From Cirrosporium novae-zelandiae (Eukaryota), in the NCBI GenBank assembly GCA_026023565.1, contig JAPETS010000050.1, positions 124,001 to 174,843 on the forward strand: DNA of 50,843 bases, in the 5' to 3' direction. Shown one piece after another: positions 36,487 to 48,915 of the stretch. Numbering within the stretch: the stretch's first letter is position 1; each line of letters opens with the position of its first letter. The translations under genes were made by a program, and so were the position numbers. The notes below the pieces were generated by a model. The model did not search any database, was not told the origin of the DNA, and was given only the letters and a program-made list of their open reading frames with translations.

Positions 36487-36760
36487 GATGATATGCCAAA
36501 GAAGAAGAAAAAAGAAAAAACAAGTTCTTATTTAGCTTTTTTTTCTTTTTTCTTTTTTTTTCCTCATTTCTTTTAAATCAAATTTATTTATCTAAGGTAG
36601 GTAGGATAATGGATTACCCTTGGGTTTTTCTATTTTCTATTTTCTATTTTCTTTTTTTTTTTTCCCCCACTACTCCCACATTTTTCTATAACCTCATTAT
36701 CCATGCATACATACATACATACATAACATCACCATTGATTTTACAAGGGTGTCTTGAGGT

Positions 36761-36800
36761 GTATGTATGTATGTATGTATGTATGTATGTATGTATGTAT
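36761..36800. repeat. (TATG)n microsatellite
   Basis: About 10 units seen directly. Confidence 0.95.
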
Positions 36801-37784
36801 GTGTGGGTTGATTATTTATTTCCCCTCCCCCACAACCTCTCCCACCATTCTCTCCCACCATTCTCTCCCGCATTCCCCCGCTTTTGATTTTTTAATTTCC
36901 CCGGATCGTCATCGTCACGATCAACAGATCTGAAATACCGGGGTCCGAATAATTTTCCTTCTCTTCCCCCCCCCCCTTTTATGCCAATTTCCTGTATTTG
37001 TTGTGTACCTGAATTATCTTAGATATTGCAAATCTTGATTCAAACCTATCCCAATCAATCACCTTTGGATAATCACCCAACCTTATCTTAATGTTCAATA
37101 TTACCGATGTTAATGCTGTTCTAAAAAACGGTACCACCCACCATATATACCCAAAATACTCCACACACCTCTCTCTACTCCCACATAGCCAATAGCCAAA
37201 TAGTCAGTTAGTCAGCTAGTTAGAGGAGTAACATGATATAAACATTTGTGCCTAGAAAAATCCAAAAAAAATCAACATCAAACTGATGGTATATTTTCTA
37301 GGGTTTTGTTTGTTTTTTTGTTTATGGATAATTAACCTACTTCTCTCCTGATCCCGGCATAGATAGGTAGATAGGTAGGTACAAATTTGCTACTCTGATG
37401 GAGTAGCTGGACTAACAGTGATGCGCTAGTAGTGATGAGGTGATAATCTGGGGTAGCACTTACCGTAGCTTACCGTAGTACCATAATGCTGTAATACTAG
37501 CAAAGTAACATGAAGTAGCATGGAGTAGCTACCATGAAGTAATCAAATAATCAAGTGATAATCTTAGCATCAAGATAATGCCCCCCCCTTTAGATTCTTG
37601 GCAAACTCCAACCAAAAATCTTGAATGTTCGAGCTCGCTGCAGTTTCGAATGGGGTACTGGGACTGCTGAAACCCCTTGCTGTGCTAAAGATCTGGGATA
37701 GCTCCGAAGAACGATAGGAGCTGGGCAGAAAGAAGGATAACTCTTTTTTTTTTTTTATAGTAGTAGTAGTAGTAGTAGTAGTAG

Positions 37785-38645
37785 CGGAAAGCGGTTCTGG
37801 TGATTGCTAGCCTGGCGGAGCTGGGAAGATGGTACAGTGGGACGGAGGGCTTTGCTGAAGGCGATGAGGAAAAATTTTAGGGTTGGTTTTGTGTGAGCTC
37901 TGTGTATACTTTCAGGTAGTCGTCGAATCGGGTGCGGGAATGTTTCGCATGTAGGATAGCTGGGGGATTGGCGAGCTGTTGGAGCAATTGAATTGCTCAT
38001 GCACGAATGTGGAGTGGATTTGTGTGTGGTCGTAAGATTGGAACGGGGTAACGACCGGTACGAAGTCGCTGGCGAAGCCTATGATGTTCACCTAATATTG
38101 GAGGGTGACTAAGAGATGGCCCTGGGCGTGTTGGACTCATTGCGCTAGATTCTCGAGAAGGGTGTAGTCTCGCCCGTGATGAACCCTCCACATATAAAAA
38201 TATACCCTAGGTCCAACTATCTCTACACTGTTGCTGGAGCCCAATACTCAAAGTCGAACAGTCCTCGCTTGTTAGGTCGTTGACGACAGATTCCCGGAAA
38301 ACTGTATCGTATACTGCGGATGTTGCCAAAATACTGTGGACGTGCCGCGGAGGATTTCGTCGTGTCGACAATTCTATTATAGGGGCTTCTCAACGCAACA
38401 AGTGGAAGCCACTTTAGCTCTTCTTGTCGGAGGCTCTGCAAATGGGACTCCCAGAAATTGCCGTACATCTGGATGTCCAATTGGCAATGCCATAAACTAC
38501 CTATGCAACTAGATCAGCAATCTGTGAATGAAAGAAGAAGGTGGTTTGATTACCACTCCCACCGCTGGTTCCAACGTTGAGTTTAACCGACAGATTGCGG
38601 ATGGTCTTACCACCAATGAGAAAAGGTCAAGACAAGAATGGCATT
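37785..38645 (-). pseudogene. Type-B carboxylesterase pseudogene with internal deletions
   Basis: Motifs in order across frameshifts: PDVRQFLGVPFAEPP..ELKWLP (~38460-38405), TSEDCSTLSI.WAP (~38270-38235), GGFITG (~38190), VQHAQGHLLVTLQY*VNIIGFA and QLSYMRNIPA. The GxSxG nucleophile region is not found. Confidence 0.8.
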
Positions 38646-39284
38646 GATCAAAATCATCCTTACTTGAGGTGGTGACAGAGAATCTCTCCAAGCTCGGCAA
38701 TTGTTCTTTCAAAGGGCCTCAGGGGCAATCGAGATGCATTGTATCTTGGGAAGTAGTCATAAAATGATACATCAAAAGACTTACTGCAATTCCATCAAAG
38801 TCCTCCATTCTTGCTTCTGGGCTGGCTTGAACTATGCTGCATTCTATTATTGTGCCATTATACCACATCTTGTTAGCCATGATATTATCAAAATTTAGTC
38901 TCAGAGTAAATATTAGCATGCACATGACTCGCGATAATTTACTGAGGCGACAAGGTACCCAGGTAATCATCCTGGAAGCCGCCAGTTCCGAAAGAATTCC
39001 CCGGATGATCCGTAAAATCGGTAACTTGATGAATCAAGCAAAATCTCCACTTTTATCCCACATTTTCTCCTTTGATTTATTTATGGGGCGGGGAAGCGTA
39101 TCGGGAATTTGTTGACCAGGGTAATTATCGAGTAGTGGCAGGAGTTAACGTGTCATGGTTCTTCGTTTCATGACAAGGGATCAGATGGTTCATGAAAAAT
39201 ATCCACTGCCGGTTTTCATTCGGGTATAACGACTTGTTCGTCATTGATGTTGAAATCTAATTAGTATGCAATAGTTAATGCATT

Positions 39285-40010
39285 CTAAAGAACCACGGCC
39301 ATGAAAAACCCATCGTAGCCCCTTTCTCCGACCATCTGCATCACCAAAGATTCAACCCGATCATCCTTCCCCGCCTCCTCAATCAATTTTCTAGCACCCT
39401 GTACATGACCGTCACCACGAGCCTCTGAATTTAACAGTTGTCCCCTCGCCAACATGTTGTCAACAATAATGCACGCCCCGGAACGACTCATCTTCACGGC
39501 CCAATCAAAATACGTATAATTATTAATCTTATCTGCATCAATAAACGTAAATCCAATTCGCTCAAGGCTCCCCTCCTCGATCTTCGCAAAAAGCTGCGGC
39601 AGCACCTCCACCCCAACACCCACATACACCGTTACCCGATCCGAAACTCCAGCTTCTTCGATATTTTTGCGCGCCACCTCCGCATGGTGAGCATCATATT
39701 CAATCGTAGAGACGCGGAGTCCGGGGTTTTGGGTTGCCAGCCAGACAGCGCTATAACCGCCTAGGGTGCCGACTTCAAGAGCATGTTTGGCCTGTGCGAG
39801 ACGGCATTGGAGAGCGAGAAACTTGCCGAAGATACGGCTAGAAAAGATAGGGGGAAGACCTCCTTGTTTGGAAGCTTCGAGGGTTTGGGTGAGAGCGGAG
39901 TTGTTGGGACGAGAGTGGGGGTGGAGATTTGAGAAGACGTATTCGTCAATGGCAGCCCAGGGCTGACCGTTGTCTTGGATGGTGTAGGAAGGTCTCCTTC
40001 GGTTAGACAT
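39285..40010 (-). CDS. SAM-dependent O-methyltransferase family 3 (paralogue of 4584-5318)
   Basis: Motifs LEVGTLGGYSAVWLA, FTFIDADKINN, IVDNM and GYDGF. Intronless, with ACA-ATG at 40010. Confidence 0.9.
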   Translation of the reverse strand: MSNRRRPSYTIQDNGQPWAAIDEYVFSNLHPHSRPNNSALTQTLEASKQGGLPPIFSSRIFGKFLALQCRLAQAKHALEVGTLGGYSAVWLATQNPGLRVSTIEYDAHHAEVARKNIEEAGVSDRVTVYVGVGVEVLPQLFAKIEEGSLERIGFTFIDADKINNYTYFDWAVKMSRSGACIIVDNMLARGQLLNSEARGDGHVQGARKLIEEAGKDDRVESLVMQMVGERGYDGFFMAVVL

Positions 40011-40856
40011 TGTGGATGAAGAAAAAAGTGAAAATCTATCAAGTGTTTCGTTACTGCGTGGTAAATAGTTCAATGATTCATTGTATAGAAGAAAAAGCAA
40101 AACCTCCTCCAGATATTTAAATTCTTGCAGATTATCTTATCAATCGTGACGTGCATGACAAAAAACAGTAACATTGCAGCAATTCATTACAGTGGGGAAG
40201 TGTGACGTAACAGTATGGCGCAGCCAGGTTGTAGCAAAATATTGGATATCTGCTCAAGTTAATGGATATTCCGATCCCTTTGGCTTAGAGTCGATTAATC
40301 GATCGATCTCTCCTACAGCTCAGGAGGTTATTTTGTTTTGTTTTTTTTGGTGCTCGTGTTCGTGTTCGTTTTTTGGAGAAGAGAGGTCGGTCCCTGTAGT
40401 CATGTGCATACTGTATGGTATGCAATAGTATGTATAACCAAAGGGAAAAGGAATAATTGATAATTTTCTTCTTTTGAGTCTTTGAAATTTGTAACTTGGG
40501 ACGTGTCTTTGACAAGGTGAGCTATCAAGTAATTACATGATTGAAGGAAGACAAAAAGAAACGATGGGATGTGCAGAGAGAAGGTGGCGGATTCGTTTAA
40601 TTGGTTTGTTTATTTTGTTTCATGTTTGCTTCCATTCCATTCATCTACTCCTACAGTAGACTAATACCAATTGTCTAATGAATTATTTTGATTAACTTTA
40701 TTATTGAACGAGATTTAAACAATTGGGCCAGCTAAATAAATCAAGATTTTTGAAGACTGTTATCATACATGTATATGCGGATCAATGTCAAATGCCCAGG
40801 GATCTCCTCTCTCGTTTTCGAGTTACGAGAAGAAAATGTATTTTCTAGCCTTCTTC

Positions 40857-42144
40857 TCAGGCGGCACGGGACCGATTGAACCCCCCAGCTTTCAACATGT
40901 TGGGTTCATCGTTGTGGAGAGCAGGATTCCTTTTCCTCGTCTTTGGTGGATTGCCGTATGGGGTTTCCAAGTATAATGGAGAATGAAGTGGTTTTGCGTT
41001 GTGTATTGGTGAGGTAGGTGATTCTTCTACCAGATGCGCGATATACATTTCATCTGCAGGTGGAAGGAGGGAAACGTAATGCTGACGGTTGTTGTAAAAC
41101 CCAATATGTATTTGCGGCCGCATGTAGTGCCTACTCAACTCTCTGGTACTGTTTCCATAATAGTCGGTATATTTCACATCCTCTGAAACCCAGGTGTGTA
41201 AAAATATCTCCACCTGAAAAGCATCAGCTACCACATGGAGAACGTCTGTATCACAATACGCTCCATTAGTGTTTAGCTGTTTCTCAAGGATAATATTATG
41301 ATCTGATCGGGGTGCATTCAACTTTTCGTAATCCTGTCGGCGCTTTCGAGCATGTGGGCTATTTTTGGGACCATACATAACATTATTCCAGAATTCAGAT
41401 GCAGGCCCTTTTACATCTTCCCAGGCATTCTCGTCGCCGTAATACCCTACTGCAAAGGCCCTGGACAGGCAGTTCCCGTCGCCTTTGACGTTCACTTGTT
41501 CGAATTCCCACTCTGGATGCCCTTGAATACCCGTAACAATTATCTGTTTCATTATATTGTAGGCTGCCTCTTTGGATTGAGCAATAGCATTTTCCTGTTC
41601 CTTTGTCATCTTCCATTCCGTCCCTTTTGCTGATTTCGCCTTCGATGATGCTCTCTTTGTTGAGCTCGCCTTCCACGGCCCTCGTCTTGCCGATTTTGAC
41701 TTTGAGGACTCTCTCCTTTCTGATAATGGCTCCATCGTTTCATACCTTATGAGCCTTGCAACGAGTTCTTCCGCAGTCCCAGCCGATATGAGTCCCCGGA
41801 ATGTGCACTAGTCTTGGATGATCTCTATGCTCATCGCTCTGAATCCCCCCATGCCATAATTTCGAAGGCTATCTCGCAGCTCATCTGCATCACCTCTAGA
41901 CACCATCAATTCGTATCGGGTACATTCTGCCTTAAGTTCGGCCATGGCCATCGAATCAAACTCGTCTTGCCCTTGAGTCCACCTCCAATTCATATTCGCA
42001 CGCTGCTTTACATTATCTTCTTTCAAAATATTACTTAGAGTTCTTTGCGTGCCCCTCGTACTGAGGTTACGACGGTAGCATCCAGCCTGAAGTTCAGGAA
42101 GAGAGACCTCACTAAAGTCATCTTCTACTGCTAAAACTCGGCAT
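40857..42144 (-). pseudogene. OTU-family cysteine protease with three N-terminal SAP/HeH-like repeats; interrupted by one TAG (41808-41810) and an apparent frameshift after the ATG; OTU part (41735-40857) is open
   Basis: OTU Cys box is VKGDGNCLSRAF, followed by VVADAFQVEIFLH and His box RQHYVSL. The upstream same-frame repeats are FSEVSLPELQAGCYRRNLSTRGTQRTL, FDSMAMAELKAECTRYELMVSRGDADELRDSL and FRAMSIEIIQD*CTFRGLISAGTAEELVARL. Confidence 0.7.
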
Positions 42145-43442
42145 GACGACGGTTGAAGAGCAAATGAACGTCTGGGTTTGGATTTGGTAGTTGCAAGCAG
42201 AATGGAATGGAATCAAGACAATGGGTCAAGAGCATCATGATTCCATAATCTAGACGGTAGTGTTGAATTCATATCTTTAAGTGAATGTTTCATTGTTGAC
42301 ATCTGACATGGACGTTTGCAACAATCGTTAGTCGGATTTAATGAGAATGGCCGCATTTGGTAATCACAGTGAATCTGAGGCGAAAGAGAGCCTGTAGATC
42401 TGCTCGGCCTCCTAAGAGATTATTCTTGCTGCCTGGCCCGCTCATGTCAAGAAATGAACTATTCCTTGTAGTAAATACTCGATGCTGAATAAGGTAACTG
42501 ATCCAGGACATGGATTCTATTCGCATTGTCAGCACATTGTTTTATTGTCATGATTGGTTTGAATAGCCTTCGATCCTGTACAATCAACAGTGATATGGTG
42601 ATGAGGAAATAAAGAGGCATAATGAAACCTTGGTTCATGAACGCCCAACTACCGATAGGGTCTGTAGAACAATAGATGTACCAAGTCCGAGGGGTTTGTG
42701 AGAGATTCTAATGCATCTCTAAGAATTAGTACAACCCAAAATGAAAGAAATAGAGTTACAGTGTCAATCATCGAGAAATGGGTCTCATGGCAACGGAATG
42801 ATAATCAGAATACAAATAAAAAGTTGGAAAAAATGATGTTTTCGCATGGAATATTAAATTCTCGTGGATATATCGCACTGCGTTGCATGGTAAAAGGTCA
42901 GTATAAAGTAATAACCTAAACATGATCGACATATTAAAACTGTTCAAGTAGTCTTTGATGGGTTTTCACTAGTTAGTATCGTCCGGGTGGCGACGGGGTT
43001 TAGATCGTCTCCACCATGCGGATCATTAGGTGTAAAAGTCTTTCAGTGAGGAGAAACCATAGAAGTTAGTACTCATCAAACACCTGTCAGCGATCCAAGT
43101 GGTGGGAGTACCGATGCGAGTGATAATGAACGATTTCATGTTGTGCAGATGGAAGGAGTGGTTTACATCCTATCCGGGGTGCATGAAACATTTACTGGTC
43201 ACGATGTGGTATTTCACGTGGTGACTGCTGATTTATGTTGTGTCTATGATGGTGTTTGCATAACATAGCTTGACTAGATTGGGGACTTGGAGCCTTGGAA
43301 CGAAGGTTGTCGAACCGTTCCGTTTGTTTCCTTTGGAGTTGTATTTCCTTGGTGGATGGATCCCTGAAGGAGCCGTAGGGCATGGACACCTTAGGCCACT
43401 AGAAAAAAAAAGAAAAAAGATTGGAAGCTGGAGGGAGCTCCA

Positions 43443-43500
43443 TTGACCTCTCTTGACCTCTCTTGACCTCTCTCGACCTCCCTCGACCTCTCTAGACCTC
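43443..43500. repeat. 10-bp tandem repeat (TTGACCTCTC), ~6 degenerate units
   Basis: Seen directly. Confidence 0.9.
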
Positions 43501-43905
43501 TGCCCTGTGGCATGACTGGGTACTTGCTCGTCCTAACCACGGATTCCATCACCGCCAATTCCTTTGAACGACTTGAACAGGTTGGAAGAGATCAATTTCC
43601 GAGAAGCTAGCTTTGTTGAGCAACTGGATTGATAGGAAAAGGACGGTGAAGCAGTAGATTGTGTGGATTGAATTATTATTATGGGGATCTCATCCCATGT
43701 CTTCTAGAATATCGAGTTTGTTATCTTAGTTGGCTCTGGACATATAACTCTAATCCTCCTAGCTGCATCCCACTGAGAAATTAACGAGACAGGACTAAAA
43801 GAACTAAAAGGACCGTCTTTTGGCGGAAGTGTGGGACCAAAGATTCCGGTTATTGGCGACCTATCAAAGAAAAGTCATGGAAGCCGTGGTCCCCCCATGG
43901 AACGT

Positions 43906-43997
43906 GGGACTGGGACTGGAGACTTGAAGACTGGGATTGGAACTGGGAATACTGGGAATACTGGGAATACTGGGAAAGACTGGGAAAGACTAGGAAT
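43906..43997. repeat. Degenerate ACTGGG(A/AATA/AAAG) tandem array
   Basis: Seen directly; unit length drifts from 6 to 10 bp. Confidence 0.85.
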
Positions 43998-46461
43998 AAA
44001 GGCCATCTAGGGTTTAATGCATCCCACGCGGCTACGGTAGAGGTCCTCTGGGTTAGATATTGTTGCTGTAGTGGGTTTCACAAGATCTATGCCAAGTTGC
44101 TAACTTGTCATTCCCACCTCCCCCCATCTCCCCATCAGATATGTGTTCTCATGTACTCATGTAACTTTTTCACAGTCTTGACTCCTCTTTGACATTATGA
44201 AGGCGGTGCCACTATCACAGTGAAATCGCTTAGCAAAAAAAAAAAAAAAAACCTCAATTATTGCCAGCTGTCTATTATTGCCACGTCGTCTGGTCCTTGA
44301 AGATTTATCTATAGTACTAAAACCTCACATGATCTGGCAGTAAAGATCAACTTTAGATCAACTATCTATGATGATGGCAGCCTCATTGAATCCACCTTAA
44401 GAGCTAAGGGACCAGAAAAACATCTGTTCAATTTCCTTTTGAGGTGAAAAAGGTCACAAAACTTGGTGACATGTTCGGCGTCAGCGAAATGTTTCCGAGG
44501 ACGATGTGTGGGTTCAAAGAGAGGTCAAAGCATGTTTCCTCGAAACCTTCCAGGCGCTGATGGTTTGGATGTCACGAAATGTGAACAAGAAAAGATCAGA
44601 CTGTGAATGAGTTCAACATCCCCGATTGGTGGCGCCGGATCCTACTACAGCTACTTGAGTTATTGTACTCTACTTTGAAAGTTGAAATTCTCAGTCAAAG
44701 AAGATTTCCCGAGTCACGAGTCACGAGGACCTGTGGCGAGGCAGATTGCGTTGCCCGATATGTAGGGCCGGGAAGTGGCGCGTCAGTGCCCAGGAAGCGT
44801 TTAATTTTGAACTGTCTTGCCTTGATAATCATTACGAGACACCTCTTTGAAGGTGGGATAATTCAGGATAGTTCAGGATAATTCAAAAGAACAAGGAAAA
44901 AAAAAGAAAAAATAGACTGAGGCTGAAATTGTGCCACATATTTCCCATATTTTTTTAACGTCTCGTGGCCCGTCATCCATCATCCATCATCCATCATCCA
45001 TCATCCATAATATTGGGGTATTATGTTTGGTTATGTTGAGGTTCGGAAGGATATGAAATGGGATGATTAATTATTGTCCAGGGTTGAGGGGTGTTAGTTA
45101 AGTGGAAGCTAACATGCGCACATCCTACTGGGGCCCCAGGGACCCCGGATTCCTGTGGCCGTGCTTCGTTTGGGAGCTTTTGACAGGCGAGAAAAGCTAT
45201 TCGGGGGTGTCAAAGTAGTCAAAATAGTCAAAAGTTAGTCAAAAGTATCCCCAAAAAGTCTCCGCACTCTGGCGGTATCCGATCCTTACCGACCCTCCGA
45301 GTTCCCGATTTCCTTTGTCTTTTTTTAATCAACGGTCAAGGGATAGTCAGGAGTCAAAGGGACTATCCAAGGCCTACGCAGGGCCGACTCAGGACACTTT
45401 GGACACTTTGGACACTTAACGGGACCGGTTTCTCGGTTCATGGCTGCCGGACTAGTAGGGGTTCATAATAAACTGCTAGACTCTTCTGATTTCTCTTTCT
45501 CAGACAAATACAAAATTATTCAATTTATTGTTTAGAAGCTTAATGTGATGTCAAGTCCACATGTTTTGATATTCCTGCTTCCCCCCGAACTTCATAGACT
45601 GCTCTCGAGCTGATCAAAAAGGAAAGGACTTGAATCTCTGCATTTGATATCGTCACAATCAGGTCACAACACGATCTCACCTCAACTAATCAGACTGAAA
45701 CCCCCCCCCCCCCAGTTTCTCTACTGTACACCTCTGGTTGTTGAAGAGAGACCTAGACAAAAAAGCAACAAAAAGTGTAAGTACCAAAATAACACACACT
45801 ACCGATGCACACCTGGGTCAGCAGGGATCACTGCGATGGATCTTTGCACTGGTGACTGCAGGTAGCTAAAGCTGCAAGTGTACATGTGCAAGTCCTATGT
45901 ACTATTCATCCTGTCCATACCCGTCCAAACTCCTCCTCGAACCATTGTGTATGGTAGATAACTGGTAGCGAAAGGCAACTTACTTTAGTAACTTATTGAT
46001 CTTGGCTAAAAAAAAAAAAAAGGATGTGGCACTGAACATGTCGGGCTCTGTCTCTCGCAGGGCCCAAAGAAGTCCAAGGACAGGTCAGGGTCGACAAACA
46101 CTGAACACTTCACCCATGGCTCTTCCAGGCTATCCGCCATCCACCCATCCACCCATCCCTAAGAGCTCCCTTGCATGATTCGATCTAGGGTGTTCAAGGG
46201 TGCTCAAGGGTGCTCAAGGGTGCTCAAGAGTAACCAAGGGTCCCCTCTTTTCATAAAAAGCAAAGCTTGAAGCTACAGTAGCTACTCCGCTATTTCTCAT
46301 TATCCTCTCCTATTCCTTCACCTACTCTTTAAGGCTCCACCAGGACCACTCAGCACCGCTACAGACCACTACAGACCACTGCAGACCACCTACGGAGTAC
46401 GCCATCTACCTCGATACCGACAGTACCTTGGAATATTTAACTGCATCTCCCTTCCATCATC

Positions 46462-48915
46462 ATGACTTCTGGCACATCCACACCTTATTTCCTCCAAGCT
46501 ACAGAAGGTACATCAACACCAAGTAGCTTCTTGTCCCTCGAAAAGGCCTCTCCCACTTCAAGTCTTATCGACGTCGAGCAATCCATTCAACAACTTTCAA
46601 CCGATTCGGCTGAACCTATTGTTGAAACCTTATCCACCCGCAGACCAAAGAAGAGCTTGAGACCTTACGTACACGCCATCATGGCTTTTGGATCTCAAGG
46701 ACGAAAGTTTCAGCGCCGACAATCCATCTACCGCCAACGCCGGTTGAGCGAGGTTGTCAGCAAGCATGAATGGGTTGGACCACCGCTAGATGTATGGATC
46801 CCTTTTTTCTTCTAAATTATCTAGGTGTTCTGCAAGCTGACCTGTCTGCTTTCTGTAGACCATCTTCGCCGGTATCTCCTCGGTCGCAACCGATTCATCC
46901 AATGCTGTTATAGCACTTGCTATCCGTGACACCACCTACCTTTTGGACTTTTCTGTCCGCCAATTCCAGCCCGAAGAAATAAAGAACAACAAGGTTATCG
47001 CAGATTTTGTTATTGCTGAATTGAAAAAATATGAGGAAGAACATTTAGAAAAGTTCCTTGGAATTGGATTGCCAAAGGAATTGGCAGCCACATGCCCAGA
47101 TCTTTGCTCTCGACTATGGAGTGAATTGGATATTGTGCCATTGATCCTCCGTGTTAAGAGGGATTCCGAGGATGTTCCCGAAGGGGAAGTTCCACATTAC
47201 TGGGATTCTAAGAGTGTTGATGAGCAAGCCGATTCTATGGCTAGAAAGTGCATCAGGTTAGTATTTCCCAAAGTATTATGATGAAAATTATTAACGGTCT
47301 TTAGATACTTTGGTCCTAGTCAGACTCCACTTTTGCAAGTTGGCTTCCGAGGCCATGTCCAGGTTGATGCAGGTTACCACGCCTATCTGGCCACTCTCAA
47401 GGACTTTGAGAAAACTGTGGGGGCCACAACCTGGAATGCCACGATGAAATATGTCAAAGATCTGAAAGAGCGCAATGTAAAGATTGCATTCTTCAGCGCA
47501 ACTCCACAGGGAGGCGGTGTAGCCCTGATGAGACATGCTCTCGTCCGGTTCGCTCGTATCCTTGGATTGAACATGAAATGGTATGTTGTCCTTTATATCA
47601 ATTGGACGTCGGCTAATTCAATTTTAGGTATGTGCCAAAACCAAAGCCAGGTGTCTTCCGTATCACCAAGAACAACCACAATATCCTTCAAGGTGTAGCC
47701 AAGGCAGATGAATTCCTCGCAGCTGACCAAAAGACACTTCTCACCAATTGGATTACCGAAAATGCCGAGCGATACTGGTTCTGCTCTGGTGGTCCATTGA
47801 CTCGCCCCGAAGAGGGCGGCGCGGACGTCATCATCATTGACGATCCTCAGATGCCAGGACTTATCCCAATGATCAAGGCACTCACTCCAGACAGGCCAGT
47901 CATCTACCGAAGCCACATTCAAGTACGAAGTGACTTGGTAGCAACTGCAGGATCTCCTCAGGCCGATGCATGGAACTACCTTTGGGAGAACATCAAGCTG
48001 GCCGATCTCTTCATCAGTCATCCTGTCCAGGCTTTTGTTCCTCACACTGTTCCTCCCAAGACAGTGGGATACCTTCCTGCTACAACCGATTGGCTTGATG
48101 GCTTGAACAAGGACATGAACGAATTTGACACCAGCTACTTTGGCCGTGTCTTTAACTCCACCTGCCTTCAAAGCGGAATGCCTACCCTTGAATACCCCGC
48201 AACAGAATACATCATTCAAGTCGCCCGTTTCGACCCAGCCAAGGGTATCCCCGATGTCCTCCGTTCCTATGCTACCTTCCATGAGCGCCTCATGAAGGAA
48301 GCTCCCAACGTGGCCGCTCCACAACTTCTTATCTGCGGTCACGGTTCCATTGATGATCCAGATGGTGCTATCGTCTATGACCAAACTCTTGATTACATCG
48401 AGCAATACCTCCCCCCTTATATCTCTCGAAAGATTGTAGTCATGCGTGTCGGTCCCTCTGATCAGGTCCTTAATGCTCTCATGTCCAAGGCCAAGATTGC
48501 ACTCCAGCTTTCTACCCGGGAGGGCTTTGAGATTAAGGTGTCAGAAGCTCTACACAAGGGCAAGCCCATCATCGCAACACTTGCAGGAGGTATTCCAATC
48601 CAAGTCCAACATGGCAAGAACGGTTTCCTTGTGGAGACTGGTGATACTGATGCTGTGGCTCAACATCTCTATGATCTCTGGACTGATGCGGATTTGTACG
48701 AACGTATGAGTAAATATGCCGCTGTTAGTGTCAGTGACGAAGTCAGCACTGTCGGCAATGCTCTTTCCTGGCTGTACTTGGCCTCAACTCTTTCCAAGGG
48801 TACCGTTCTCAAGCCCGATGGCAAGTGGATCAACGACATGGCTAGAGAGGAAGCCGCAGAGCCATACAAGCCCGGCGAGAACAAGCTCAAGAGGGCTGTG
48901 ACACCACCCAACTAA
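46462..48915 (+). CDS. Trehalose phosphorylase / trehalose synthase (CCG-9-like, GT4); 4 exons (46462-46791, 46859-47256, 47305-47580, 47628-48915)
   Basis: Motifs DEQADSMARKC, FFSATPQGGGVALMRHAL, W|YVPKPKPGVFRITKNNHNILQG, DDPQMP, IYRSHI, QVARFDPAKG and LQLSTREGFEIKVSEA. Three canonical introns. An alternative start exists at 46681. Confidence 0.93.

Noticed and set aside
38650..39200. Short overlapping ORFs between the esterase relic and OMT2
   Set aside because: No recognisable homology; may be further decayed sequence.
47593..48405. 270-aa antisense ORF
   Set aside because: It lies wholly opposite the conserved trehalose phosphorylase exon and has no motifs; a codon-bias shadow.
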